Assembly (NCBI GenBank): GCA_905478165.1
Contig: CAJQHK010000017.1
Coordinates: 1-59,949 of the forward strand
Direction: 5' to 3'
Length of the DNA stretch: 59,949 bases
Source of the DNA: an uncultured Rickettsiales bacterium
Lineage (GTDB): Bacteria > Pseudomonadota > Alphaproteobacteria > Rickettsiales > UBA1997
Shown here piece by piece: positions 1-10,582 of this stretch. Within the stretch, counting starts at the first letter, position 1, and each line of letters begins with the position of its first letter. Below the pieces are notes generated by a model that saw nothing but the letters and a program-made list of their open reading frames with translations, did not search any database and was not told the DNA's origin. A program made the translations under genes and the position numbers.

Positions 1-360
<360 letters not shown>

Positions 361-570
361 GTATGCATAATTTACATGCAGTATAAAGTTAATTATTTTT
401 TTAATCATATGTGAATTAATTATCCTTAATTGGATTTTCTAACTCTTTCTAACTAAAGAGTCGAGTAGTATATTTCTACTCGGTAGAGTTTTAACAAACT
501 TAATTTATTATGATCTCATAATGTGTCAATTATTTCGATGATCTCATCTTTTGATGAGTAATATTTATTG

Positions 571-686
571 GCTTGATGATCATAGCATCATGGACCCACT
601 TGATACATTCCGAACTCGCCAGTGAAACGTGAGTTGCGCCGATGGTACTTGGTTTTTTAGCCTGGGAGAGTAGGTCATCATCAAGC
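571..686 (+). rRNA. rrf: 5S rRNA
   Basis: Terminal helix GCTTGATGA/TCATCAAGC, CCGAAC loop, AGTGAAAC, GCCGATGGTAC and GGGAGAGTAGGTC motifs; 116 nt; about 210 bp downstream of 23S. Confidence 0.95.
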
Positions 687-934
687 TTATAAATATTACT
701 CATTAGAAATTCCTGATTACCCATGAAAAAAAATTATTGTATCTAAAAAACAAGCTATTATTATTTTTAATCCATGCACGTTACGGTAATTGTTACTATC
801 AAAATTAGGATTATTTCTATCAGATTTAGAATGTTTGTTGCACCCTCAATGACGAGTTTTGCCACCTCCTAAAGATCTTTGCATTTATAATATACTCTTT
901 AGTCGTTTTAGTAACATCAGGGTGGTACCAAATA

Positions 935-1906
935 TTACAAGGTTGATAAAAAGTCACTAAACTCAAGCTCCCCCTCTAACTCCACTTCTATATCTAAAAA
1001 TTTAATCTTATCTTGATACTTTTTATCCATTCTTATCCAGTCCTTTTTTGTAGTCACCAGTTCTAAATTATGTTTTTTTGCTAATTTTGTTAATCTTTGT
1101 AAATCATTTTGACTGTATTGATAATGATCAGCAAATGAAAATTTTTTCTTAATATTGGCGCCAGAATTTTTTAAACTTTTAAAGAATTTATCAGGATGGC
1201 CTATTCCAGCAAAAGCAAGAACGTCCTTATCAATAAAATCTTCACCATTGATAATTTTTAATTTAGCATTAATAAGTTTTTTACCTTTACAAAATCTCTT
1301 TTTAATATTTTTTCGATCCTCATTGATTATAATAATTATATCTGCCCTTTTAACACCAATTGCGATAAACTCTCTTAGAGGGCCGGCAGGAAAGGTTAAT
1401 TCATTACCAAAACCGTAATAACCATCTACTACTAAAATTGAAAGATCTTTTTTCCAAGAAAAATTTTGAAAACCATCATCAATAATTAAAAACTCATTTT
1501 TTGAGAATTCTTTTTGTTCTAAAATTTTAGAAGTAATTTTGTGACAAATAAATGAATCAGAGCAACCCTTCAAGAGCAAAGCCTCGTCACCAACATCTGT
1601 AGCTGTATGTTTATGATTTAATTTAGTCAGATTTTTAATCTCACCACCATAACCCTTGCTTAAATAGGAAAATTTTATTCCTTTTTTTTTAAGTAAATTG
1701 CCAACCTTAAGGGTTACAGGCGTTTTTCCTGCCCCACCTAAAGTTAAGTTAGCAATACAAATAGTTTTAATTTTTTGTTTTTTATTTTGATAGAGAGTTA
1801 TCTGAAGAATTATCTTAAAAAGATAACCAATTTGATAAAAGAAAGATAGTGGAAGTAAAAAATGCGCTATTAAAGACTTTTCTTGCCAAAACTTTGGAGT
1901 TTTCAT
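935..1906 (-). CDS. lpxK: Tetraacyldisaccharide 4'-kinase
   Basis: NLTLGGAGKTP P-loop, VGDEALLL, DDGFQ, PAGPLRE, FAGIGHPDKFF, FADHYQY, TTKKD motifs. Confidence 0.95.
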   Translation of the reverse strand: MKTPKFWQEKSLIAHFLLPLSFFYQIGYLFKIILQITLYQNKKQKIKTICIANLTLGGAGKTPVTLKVGNLLKKKGIKFSYLSKGYGGEIKNLTKLNHKHTATDVGDEALLLKGCSDSFICHKITSKILEQKEFSKNEFLIIDDGFQNFSWKKDLSILVVDGYYGFGNELTFPAGPLREFIAIGVKRADIIIIINEDRKNIKKRFCKGKKLINAKLKIINGEDFIDKDVLAFAGIGHPDKFFKSLKNSGANIKKKFSFADHYQYSQNDLQRLTKLAKKHNLELVTTKKDWIRMDKKYQDKIKFLDIEVELEGELEFSDFLSTL

Positions 1907-2751
1907 GAAGATGTATTAGCTGACAAAAAATGTAGAAATTTATTATTAATGTAGTGCCCAGGCTTTTTGACCTCAAAATGTCCAAGAATATATTGTCCAA
2001 ACAAATTAATATCACCAATAAAATCAAGAGCCTTATGCCTAGCTAATTCATTCTCATAACGCAAACCACCTTCATTTAAAATACCATTTTCACCAATAAT
2101 TATTGCATTATCAAGAGATCCTCCCTTGCCAAGACCTAATTTTTTAATTTGCTCAACGTCTCTCTCAAAAGCAAAAGTTCGAGCTCGACATAAGTCGCTT
2201 CTAAAGGAGTGAAATTTTGGATCAAAGGAGATGTTTTCCTTACCGACCACCCTGTGAACAAAATCAATCTCCAAATCAAAAGAAAATTTATCAGATGGAG
2301 ATATTTTAATTTTCTTATCACCTTCTTCAAATAGAATTTCCTTTTTAATTTTAAGAATTTTTGGTGGTAAATTTTGCTTCTTTACTCCTGCAGATTCTAA
2401 TAAAAAGACGAATGGCTCAGAACTGCCATCGACAATTGGCATCTCCTCTCCGTCCATCTCAATGATTAGATTATTAATACGAGAACCCCAAATAGCAGCC
2501 ATAAAATGCTCAATAGTTGAGACTGAAACTTGATCAGAATTAGAAATCGTAGTTCCGAGTTGAGCCTTGGTTACATTTCTATAATCAGCAATAATAACAT
2601 TATTTTTATCTGCAATATCAGACCTTCTAAAGATAATACCATGATTATCAGGGGCTGGATATAGATTTACATTAGTCTCTTTGCCACTATGTAAGCCTAT
2701 GCCAGAAAAACTAATTTCATTTGCAATTGTATTTTGTTTATCACTGAACAT
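1903..2751 (-). CDS. lpxC: UDP-3-O-acyl-N-acetylglucosamine deacetylase
   Basis: GIGLHSG, TIEHFMAA, EMPIVDGSS, ARTF, RHKALDFIGD zinc motif; ATGA overlap with lpxK. Confidence 0.97.
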   Translation of the reverse strand: MFSDKQNTIANEISFSGIGLHSGKETNVNLYPAPDNHGIIFRRSDIADKNNVIIADYRNVTKAQLGTTISNSDQVSVSTIEHFMAAIWGSRINNLIIEMDGEEMPIVDGSSEPFVFLLESAGVKKQNLPPKILKIKKEILFEEGDKKIKISPSDKFSFDLEIDFVHRVVGKENISFDPKFHSFRSDLCRARTFAFERDVEQIKKLGLGKGGSLDNAIIIGENGILNEGGLRYENELARHKALDFIGDINLFGQYILGHFEVKKPGHYINNKFLHFLSANTSS

Positions 2752-3053
2752 TATTTAAATTATCTATTTTTAGATTTTTCTAGGAATAATTCTTCCACTT
2801 CATTTCTATTTTATTTTTAGTTATGGCATATTTTTAGCCAACTACTCAACTCCTTAATGACACCAAACCACATGTCACACCCAGATAAAATAACATCTCT
2901 TTTTGGCAAATAAAATAATCCCCCCCTTTTTTTTCTACACTATTTTTTAGAAGAGATGTCAAGGTAACGGATGTAGATAGGATGATTCCTGCTATCGTCT
3001 AGTTTTACACCATACTGTCATTTTTTGGGGGTAAAATATTCTAAAAATGAGTA

Positions 3054-4919
3054 CTATCCTGCCATTAATTTATTCAACCTAACCGTAAAATCCTTAACAT
3101 CAATAACATCTTCTCCGGCACTAATACAGGCTTGATCAAAAAGAGTTTTAATATTATCTTTTATATTCTCTATTTTACCAGAATCCGCGATATTATCCTG
3201 TAAGGATTTAATAATAGAATGATTAGGGTTGATCTCTAAAATTTTAGCAGAAATTGAAGGAATTTGATTTTGCTCTTTCAAATATCTTTCCATTCTAATG
3301 TCCATAGACCCGCTATCAACAGCTAAACACACTGGACTAGAGGTTAGTTTATTAGAAATTTTTACGTCTTTAATTTTATCTCCTAAAATTTCTTTAGCCA
3401 ATTTTATCAAGCCAGCTAAGTCGCTATTAGTGACGTCCTTAATATCTTTATTTTTTTTATCATCAGAAGATTCTTCTTTTTTACCATCCAAATTAATATC
3501 GGCTCTAGTTGCTGAAACAAATTCCTTTTCCTTATATACGTTAGAAACTGTAACCCAAAAATCATCAACCGCATCAGTTAGAAACAAAACGTCTGCCCCC
3601 TTATCAGAAAAACCTTCCAATTGCGGACTATCTTTAATTTTTTTAACTGATTCACCAGTTAAGAAATAAATTTTATTTTGACCTTCTTTAGAATTTTTAA
3701 AATATTCTTGTAAAGAAATTAATTTATCAGGAGAATTTAAGCTATAGAAACGCGATAAACTAAGAATCTTATCTTTAAATTCACTAGATTCACAAAGACC
3801 CTCTTTAAAAACGGCTCCAAAATTATTCCAAAATTTTAGATATTTTTCCTCATCTTTTTTAGATATTTTTTCTAACTCAGATAATACCTTCTTGATAAGA
3901 GATTTTTTAATCTTTTCTAGAATCAGATTATGCTGCAAAGATTCGCGACTAACATTTAAAGGTAAATCCTCGGAATCAACCAAACCCCTCATAAATCTTA
4001 GCCAAGCTGGTACAAGATTTAAATCTTCGCTAATAAAAACCTTTTTAACATAAAGCTTCACACTACCTTTTCTATCTGGATGAAAAAGATCAAAAGGCTT
4101 CATACCAGGAATAAAAAGTAGGTTAGTATATTCAATAGCACCTTCGGCCTTAGTATGAATGGTCATATATGGCTCGCCAGGTAAATGAGAGATATTTTTG
4201 TAAAAATTTTCATACTCTTCCTTAGAAACCTCTGCTTTAGGTCTAGACCAAAGTGCTCTGGTAGAATTTAAAATTTCCTTCTCACCCTTTTCATCAATAT
4301 GCTCAATTTTAACATTAATATGATCAGAATAAGTCTTGACTACATGCTTAATGTGAAAAATGTCTAAAAAGTCTTTTTCATCCTTTTTTAAGTGCAAAAT
4401 GATTTTAGTCCCTATTTCAGTTTTATCAGATTGGTCAATTTCAAAATTACCAGCACCTGTTGAGCTCCACTTAAAAGACTCGTCACTATCATATTTTTTT
4501 GACTCGACAACTATTTTTTCAGAAATCATGAAGGCAGAATAAAAGCCAACACCAAATTGCCCAATTAACTCTACATCCTTCTTGTTTTCTCCAGTTAAAG
4601 ACTTTATAAAATTTTCAGTTCCAGATTTGGCAATTGTTCCAAGATTTTCTTTAAGATCCTCCTCATTCATCCCAACGCCATTATCTTCAATGGTAAAAGT
4701 TTTTGCCTCTTTATCGAATGAAATATTAATTTTTAATTCCTCATCCTCTTTTAAAATACCAGATTCTTGAGAAGATAAATAACGAATTTTATCGCAAGCA
4801 TCAGAAGCATTAGATATAAGCTCTCTTAAAGCGACATCCTTATTGGTATATAGCGAGTTAATCATAAGGTTCAAAACCTTACTTATCTCAACATCAAATT
4901 CATATTTTTTTACAGTCAT
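3054..4919 (-). CDS. htpG: Molecular chaperone HtpG (Hsp90)
   Basis: LRELISNASDA, DNGVGM, LGTIAKSGT, IGQFGVGFYSAF, DLPLNVSRE motifs. Confidence 0.98.
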   Translation of the reverse strand: MTVKKYEFDVEISKVLNLMINSLYTNKDVALRELISNASDACDKIRYLSSQESGILKEDEELKINISFDKEAKTFTIEDNGVGMNEEDLKENLGTIAKSGTENFIKSLTGENKKDVELIGQFGVGFYSAFMISEKIVVESKKYDSDESFKWSSTGAGNFEIDQSDKTEIGTKIILHLKKDEKDFLDIFHIKHVVKTYSDHINVKIEHIDEKGEKEILNSTRALWSRPKAEVSKEEYENFYKNISHLPGEPYMTIHTKAEGAIEYTNLLFIPGMKPFDLFHPDRKGSVKLYVKKVFISEDLNLVPAWLRFMRGLVDSEDLPLNVSRESLQHNLILEKIKKSLIKKVLSELEKISKKDEEKYLKFWNNFGAVFKEGLCESSEFKDKILSLSRFYSLNSPDKLISLQEYFKNSKEGQNKIYFLTGESVKKIKDSPQLEGFSDKGADVLFLTDAVDDFWVTVSNVYKEKEFVSATRADINLDGKKEESSDDKKNKDIKDVTNSDLAGLIKLAKEILGDKIKDVKISNKLTSSPVCLAVDSGSMDIRMERYLKEQNQIPSISAKILEINPNHSIIKSLQDNIADSGKIENIKDNIKTLFDQACISAGEDVIDVKDFTVRLNKLMAG

Positions 4920-5055
4920 TATTTTAATAAGTAAATTATTTAAAGTAGTTTTTGATTAATTGAAGCTTCCTGAATTGTCTCTAAAAAACTTAGTGATGTA
5001 ATTTGGAGAGTTCCTGATTATCAATTATCTTAATATAAGAATTAATTAAAAATAT

Positions 5056-6021
5056 TCAACAAGATATTTTTTGCAATCTCCTTCTTTCATTTCTCATTTT
5101 CTCAAAATCATCTCCAGCGTGATAAGATGAGCGAGTTAACGGGCTAGCAGAAACCATCAAAAACCCCTTACTGTAAGCCATTTTTTCATAAAATTTAAAT
5201 TCATCAGGATGAATATAACTTTTTACTGGTGCGTGACGCATTGTAGGTCTTAAATATTGACCAATAGTAATAAAATCAACATCAGCGGATCGTAAATCAT
5301 CCATTACTTGCAAAATTTCTTCTTTTTTCTCCCCGAGACCAACCATTAATCCAGATTTAGTAAAAATCATAGGATCGATTTCTTTAACTGTTTTAAGAAG
5401 TGACAAGGAGTGAAAATATCTAGAACCGGGTCGAATTGCATGATAAAGTCCGGGAACCGTCTCAATATTATGGTTAAACACATCAGGCTTTGCAGCCACC
5501 ACTTTTTCAACTGCACCACGTTTACGAAGAAAGTCGGGCGTTAAAATTTCAATAGTAACTTTTGGGTTGGATTGACGTATTTTTTGAATTGATTCTACAA
5601 AATGATTGGCGCCACCATCAGGCAAATCATCACGATCTACTGAAGTAATTACGATATGATTAAGATCTAACTTGCCAACGGCGTCGGCAAGATTTTCAGG
5701 CTCTTTTGGGTCCAATTTACTTGGTTTTCCAGTGTCAATATTGCAAAAAGAGCAAGCTCTAGTGCAAATTGAGCCCATAATCATCACGGTCGCATGTTTT
5801 TTTGACCAACATTCCCCAATATTAGGGCATGCCGCCTCTTCACAAACAGTATTTAAATTTGAAGAGCGCATTAAGTCACGGGTTTCTTTAAAACCAGTTG
5901 AATTTGGCGCCTTAACCCTAATCCAGTTCGGCTTCCTTAAGAGACTTTCTTTTGGATGACTTTTAGCAAAGCCAAGCATATCCTTATTGTCGTTAATTTT
6001 TTCTACTATCTTTTCTTTCAT
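5056..6021 (-). CDS. lipA: Lipoyl synthase
   Basis: [12 protein letters not shown] and CTRACSFC clusters, RSSYHA C-terminal motif. Confidence 0.98.
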   Translation of the reverse strand: MKEKIVEKINDNKDMLGFAKSHPKESLLRKPNWIRVKAPNSTGFKETRDLMRSSNLNTVCEEAACPNIGECWSKKHATVMIMGSICTRACSFCNIDTGKPSKLDPKEPENLADAVGKLDLNHIVITSVDRDDLPDGGANHFVESIQKIRQSNPKVTIEILTPDFLRKRGAVEKVVAAKPDVFNHNIETVPGLYHAIRPGSRYFHSLSLLKTVKEIDPMIFTKSGLMVGLGEKKEEILQVMDDLRSADVDFITIGQYLRPTMRHAPVKSYIHPDEFKFYEKMAYSKGFLMVSASPLTRSSYHAGDDFEKMRNERRRLQKISC

Positions 6022-6098
6022 CTAAATAATTATTGAATTTTTAAAAAATATTAATGATACTAGATTTTTTGTAAAGTGTAAATTTAATTATTTAAGAA

Positions 6099-6305
6099 AT
6101 GGCTGAAGGTAAAGTAAGTAAAAATAGTCGTAAAAACAAACAGGTTGCTGTAAAAAAGAAGTTTAACGATAAAGAGGTTGAGCCAATTCTATATTACGGC
6201 GTGCACGCTGGTCATGGTAAATATATCTCAGCAAAATTCACAGGAACTAGTAACCTAGTGTGTGACGATGCTGGTAAACCAGTGATCTGGGATCAAATCC
6301 AATAG
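6099..6305 (+). CDS. Small basic hypothetical protein (68 aa)
   Basis: ATG start, coding-like composition, 7 bp upstream of the hydrolase; PILYYGVHAGHGKY resembles a small protein I recall from Rickettsiales-type genomes. Confidence 0.7.
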   Translation: MAEGKVSKNSRKNKQVAVKKKFNDKEVEPILYYGVHAGHGKYISAKFTGTSNLVCDDAGKPVIWDQIQ

Positions 6306-6312
6306 ATTGTGA

Positions 6313-7074
6313 ATGCCTGAAATAATAATCACGGGTCCAGCTGGTAAGATTGAAGGAAGATATCATCAAAATAAAGATATTAAAGCCCCAGTTGCACTAG
6401 TTTTACATCCCCACCCACTTCATGGTGGAACAATGAATAATAAAGTCACCTATCACCTTTTTAAATCCTTTGTTGATAATGGCTTCTCAGTACTTCGTAT
6501 CAATTTTAGAGGAGTCGGAAAGTCTGAAGGTACATTTAATGACGGTGTTGGCGAGTTGCAAGATGCCACCGCCGCCCTCAACTGGCTTCATAGTAAAAAT
6601 ATGGAAGCTTCTATCTTTTGGTTAGCCGGATTTTCCTTTGGCTCTTGGGTTGGTTTACAAGCTATTATGAGGAGGCCAGATATCGAAAGATACATTCTTG
6701 CTGCACCACCAGCCTCTAAATATAATTTTAACTTCATTGTTCCCTGCTCTGCTTCCGGCATGATCATTCAAGGTACCGCAGACGACATTTCTCTTGAAAA
6801 AGATTCTAGTAAAATCGCTGACAAGCTCAATCTTCGTGAAGAAGCTGAAGTTAAATATAACGTAGTACCAGATGCTAACCACTTTTTTAGTGATCATTTA
6901 TCTGAATTTGATCGTTTAACCAATGATTACATAAAGGAAAGTATATTAGAGGATTCTGGTAAAGTTAAAAAAGTCAAAAGGGATCGAAGAAGAAGAAGAA
7001 GGAAGAAGAAGGATACTCCTCTGACCAGATCTGAACAATATAGGTCGCCAATTAAGCCTCTGTCCTCTTTATAA
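6313..7074 (+). CDS. Alpha/beta hydrolase (COG2945-type) with basic C-terminal tail
   Basis: HPHPLHGGTMNNKV, RINFRGVGKSEG, nucleophile elbow GFSFG, GTADD, ANHFF. Confidence 0.93.
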   Translation: MPEIIITGPAGKIEGRYHQNKDIKAPVALVLHPHPLHGGTMNNKVTYHLFKSFVDNGFSVLRINFRGVGKSEGTFNDGVGELQDATAALNWLHSKNMEASIFWLAGFSFGSWVGLQAIMRRPDIERYILAAPPASKYNFNFIVPCSASGMIIQGTADDISLEKDSSKIADKLNLREEAEVKYNVVPDANHFFSDHLSEFDRLTNDYIKESILEDSGKVKKVKRDRRRRRRKKKDTPLTRSEQYRSPIKPLSSL

Positions 7075-7321
7075 ATATTACCCCCAAGAGCAGAGTGCTG
7101 AAAGTGAGATAATTAACGCAATTCCATAATTTTATATCAAACTGGCTCTGCACGACCTATTCACAAAACTCTAAAACTCAAAAAATTTAATAGTTTATTT
7201 TTTAAGAGGGATTTTTTAAAGTTAGTAAGAGTTTAAAAAAGAATTTTTAGTAAACTAGTCTAACATGATTTAGAATATTTTGGGACGAGGGCAGTTTTCG
7301 TTTAGAAGTTCTGTAAAAATA

Positions 7322-8578
7322 TTAATATTCTAAAAAATACCTACTCTCAGAGTCAATAACCTTAAAATTATCATCACCAACCGATAAAATGGCAAAATTT
7401 CTCTGAACTATCCCATTGTCTAAAAATCTAAAAGTGCCATCAACACCCTCAAATCCAGACTTATTAAGAATAAAATCTTCCAATTCTATATCGCTATTTT
7501 TATATGCTAGATTGGCAACAGCCCAAACCATGTCATAAACAACACTTGTTACTCTATTAGGAATTTTTTGAAAATTATCATAATATAAATACTCATATTG
7601 TTTGTAAACTTCTGGATTAGAAGAGGAGATCCAAGAACCTTTTGCATTGGCATTATAAATAGTGGAGGCCTTATCCCATTCTTTTAATCCAAGAATTTGA
7701 ATCTCTCTTTTGTCAACATTATTTTCCTCTATTAATTTAAGTATTAAATCTAGATTATCTCCAGAGTCTGCTACTAAAATAGAGTCAGAATAAATTTTAT
7801 CTTCATTAGAAATAGGTATTTCAGCTAAGGACTTGACCTTATCCTCTTCACTTAAATCTTCATAAGCATTTTGTGAAATAGAGTAAGAATTAACAACTTT
7901 AGCAACAGAATTACTTATCTGCTTCTTATCATTATAGAAACTGCTGGAAATGAAATAAGCACCTTTTCTTGTAGATGTCTCTCTGAGGGAGTTTGCAACT
8001 TTTAGGCCATAAGAATTGTTTGGAGCTAGTATAGAAAAACTACCTATACCCTTATCAATACTATATTCTATCAACCTTTCAATTTGCTGATCAATTGCAA
8101 CCCCAGCAATAAAAACGTTCTTTTTGTTCGTCAAATTATCGTTATTGGATAAAGATAGTAATATGACATCTTTTTTTGAAACTATGTCTATTGCTGATTC
8201 TGTGGCAGTACTAAATAATGGACCAATAATAATTTTTATACCTCTACTAACGATATCCCTAACTGCCTTTCTTGTGCCGAACTCAGTGCCCTTACTGTCA
8301 AAAATCACCAACTCAATTCTTTGCTTAGGATCGTTCTTATATAGCGATAGATGTGCGGCACTTAATAAATCATTACCAATATCACTATACTTTCCTGTTA
8401 ATGGCAATAATATTGCAACCTTGGTCTTTCTTTTAAAGATAGCATCTAGAAAGCCACCATCATAGGATTCAAATTTTTTCTTAACATCTTGACTAAGAAT
8501 ACTATCATCTGGCATCTCAACTAGATTTGATGTCTTGCAAGAGCACAAAAAAAGAAAGACTATTAAAAATTGTTTCAT
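7322..8578 (-). CDS. LpoA-like penicillin-binding protein activator / periplasmic binding-fold lipoprotein
   Basis: Lipobox FLCSC; KVAILLPLTG, IIIGPLFS, GFEGVDGTFRFLDNGIVQR typical of the alphaproteobacterial LppC/YraM-like family. Confidence 0.8.
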   Translation of the reverse strand: MKQFLIVFLFLCSCKTSNLVEMPDDSILSQDVKKKFESYDGGFLDAIFKRKTKVAILLPLTGKYSDIGNDLLSAAHLSLYKNDPKQRIELVIFDSKGTEFGTRKAVRDIVSRGIKIIIGPLFSTATESAIDIVSKKDVILLSLSNNDNLTNKKNVFIAGVAIDQQIERLIEYSIDKGIGSFSILAPNNSYGLKVANSLRETSTRKGAYFISSSFYNDKKQISNSVAKVVNSYSISQNAYEDLSEEDKVKSLAEIPISNEDKIYSDSILVADSGDNLDLILKLIEENNVDKREIQILGLKEWDKASTIYNANAKGSWISSSNPEVYKQYEYLYYDNFQKIPNRVTSVVYDMVWAVANLAYKNSDIELEDFILNKSGFEGVDGTFRFLDNGIVQRNFAILSVGDDNFKVIDSESRYFLEY

Positions 8579-8579
8579 T

Positions 8580-9617
8580 TTATTTTTTATTTGTGAGCTG
8601 CCTCAATCTAGACGCAGTTCTTTGAAAGAGATCAGATAATAAACCATCATGATATATTTTATCAATTGAATTTTGTGATAAAATAACTAATTTTATATTA
8701 TTTTCGTAAGCCTCATCAATAAAAGAAATAAACCTCTTGGTTTCGTTATTATAATGATTACCTAGCTCAGGTATGTTTTTAATAAAAATGATGTTAAAAT
8801 ATTTACAAATCTCTATAAAATCCACAACCCCCAAATTATCACCAAAAAAATTTTCAAAATCAATTAGCGCAATATTATGATGACTATCTTTAATGGTAAT
8901 TTTTCTACCCAGCACACACTTTGTCCATATTTCCATTTTAGCTCCAGATAAACTACCTTCCAAAACTTGATTGAATAACTTTTTGTTAAAATTATTTATT
9001 GGGTATAAAAAATTATTATCAAGATTTACATTAGAAGAGCGATAATCCCTCTTACCATCTAAACTCAATATCTGACATTCATTGAGCAGGGTATCTTTGA
9101 CAAATTCTAAAAAATATTGTCTCTGAATACCGTCCTTATATAAACTTAAAGGGTGTGAATTTGAAGTAAAAATTACTAAAATATGTTTTTTAAAAATATA
9201 TTTAAAAACGTCACTTAAAATCATGGCATCGACAATGTCATGAATCTGAAACTCGTCTAAACACAAAACCTTAGCACCTCCCAAGATATTGTTAATAGTA
9301 ATCTCTAAGACATTGTTCTTCCTGCTGGAGTCAGACCTGATATTATGTAACTCCCTATGTATAGTTTGTACAAAATCATTAAAATGAAAATATTTTTTAT
9401 CCTTTTTAATTAAATTAAAAAAATAACTCATCAACATGGACTTGCCCCTACCTACTTGACCATAAATATAAAGACTTTGAGGCTTTTTCGGGGAAAATAT
9501 TCTGCTACAAATACTCTCTTTTCTATTGGACGATTTAGATAGTTTTTCTAATTCCTGAAAAACAGGTATTTGGTTCTTATCGAGAGTAAATATTTTGGAA
9601 TTAAAAAATAACTGCAT
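8580..9617 (-). CDS. zapE: AFG1/ZapE-family ATPase
   Basis: YIYGQVGRGKSMLM Walker A, LCLDEFQIHDIVDAMIL Walker B, LYKDGIQR, FQRTASRL. Confidence 0.92.
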   Translation of the reverse strand: MQLFFNSKIFTLDKNQIPVFQELEKLSKSSNRKESICSRIFSPKKPQSLYIYGQVGRGKSMLMSYFFNLIKKDKKYFHFNDFVQTIHRELHNIRSDSSRKNNVLEITINNILGGAKVLCLDEFQIHDIVDAMILSDVFKYIFKKHILVIFTSNSHPLSLYKDGIQRQYFLEFVKDTLLNECQILSLDGKRDYRSSNVNLDNNFLYPINNFNKKLFNQVLEGSLSGAKMEIWTKCVLGRKITIKDSHHNIALIDFENFFGDNLGVVDFIEICKYFNIIFIKNIPELGNHYNNETKRFISFIDEAYENNIKLVILSQNSIDKIYHDGLLSDLFQRTASRLRQLTNKK

Positions 9618-9620
9618 TTA

Positions 9621-10454
9621 CTAAGATAAGAATTGGTACAGCTCGCCGGATTCAATTAACTTAAAATTCTTACCCTGTATATCCAAATCCATACTCTGTA
9701 TTACATCCAACTCCTTTTGAGTAGGAACAATAGAAACAATAATTACCTCAGCGTTGGGATCGGCAATCCTTCTTTTTACAAAATAAGAGTGAATATTTTT
9801 TAAATATTTCGGATTAGAAAGGTAGTTAAAATATTTTTGTATCCTGTCAAAAAAAATATCTTTAGCATTATTCTGGTTTTCGACAGAAGAGTTACCTCTA
9901 AATTCCCTAATAAATTGTAATAATTTAGTATCAATTATTATATTAAAATCCTGTCTTTTAACAAAAAAAGAAAAGGGTAGAATTTTAACCTCTGAAGCAA
10001 CCAAAGAGTGACTAAAATAATCAATTTCAGACTTAATATTGTGCGACTGTAGAATATACTCTATATAATTATGATGTTCACTGATATTTAAAATTGTAGA
10101 TTTAGATCTTTTAAACTCAATTGCAGGAATATCCAATTGATGATAATGCAAATAATCAATCTGATTAGAAATTTTTGTAAGATAATCGTATATCTTATCG
10201 GTTCTTTGGTCTAGATCTTTTTTTATATCCTTGTTCTCAATTTTAATAGAATCTTCTGGATGAGGATTTTCTAATAAATGTTTTTTACTCTCATACTCCA
10301 AGACAACTCCTTTTCTTACTGCAATCTCGTCCTCTAACCTATCCTCATAAAATTTCAACTCTTCATCAACAATTTGTTTGTATTTATAAAATTTAAATAA
10401 AATAAATGCTGATAGAGCTACTAATATTAAAATTACTGAGATATAGATAACCAT
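9621..10454 (-). CDS. Membrane-anchored hypothetical protein, degenerate RmuC-like
   Basis: N-terminal TM helix, coiled coil, then EYILQSHNIKSEIDY...NIIIDTK...YLSNPKY...SIVPTQ echoing RmuC motif order. Confidence 0.55.
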   Translation of the reverse strand: MVIYISVILILVALSAFILFKFYKYKQIVDEELKFYEDRLEDEIAVRKGVVLEYESKKHLLENPHPEDSIKIENKDIKKDLDQRTDKIYDYLTKISNQIDYLHYHQLDIPAIEFKRSKSTILNISEHHNYIEYILQSHNIKSEIDYFSHSLVASEVKILPFSFFVKRQDFNIIIDTKLLQFIREFRGNSSVENQNNAKDIFFDRIQKYFNYLSNPKYLKNIHSYFVKRRIADPNAEVIIVSIVPTQKELDVIQSMDLDIQGKNFKLIESGELYQFLS

Positions 10455-10582
10455 TAGATTGATTTAAAATTTAGAAGAATCTTAGAGATTGATGTAATAA
10501 TAAATTATATATTTAACAACTCAAGAAATATGAAAATCAACTATTTATATTCATCATTATCTTTTTATATATGAATAATATT

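Noticed and set aside
530-724. 64-aa minus-strand ORF
   Set aside because: Antisense to the 5S rRNA; no protein features.
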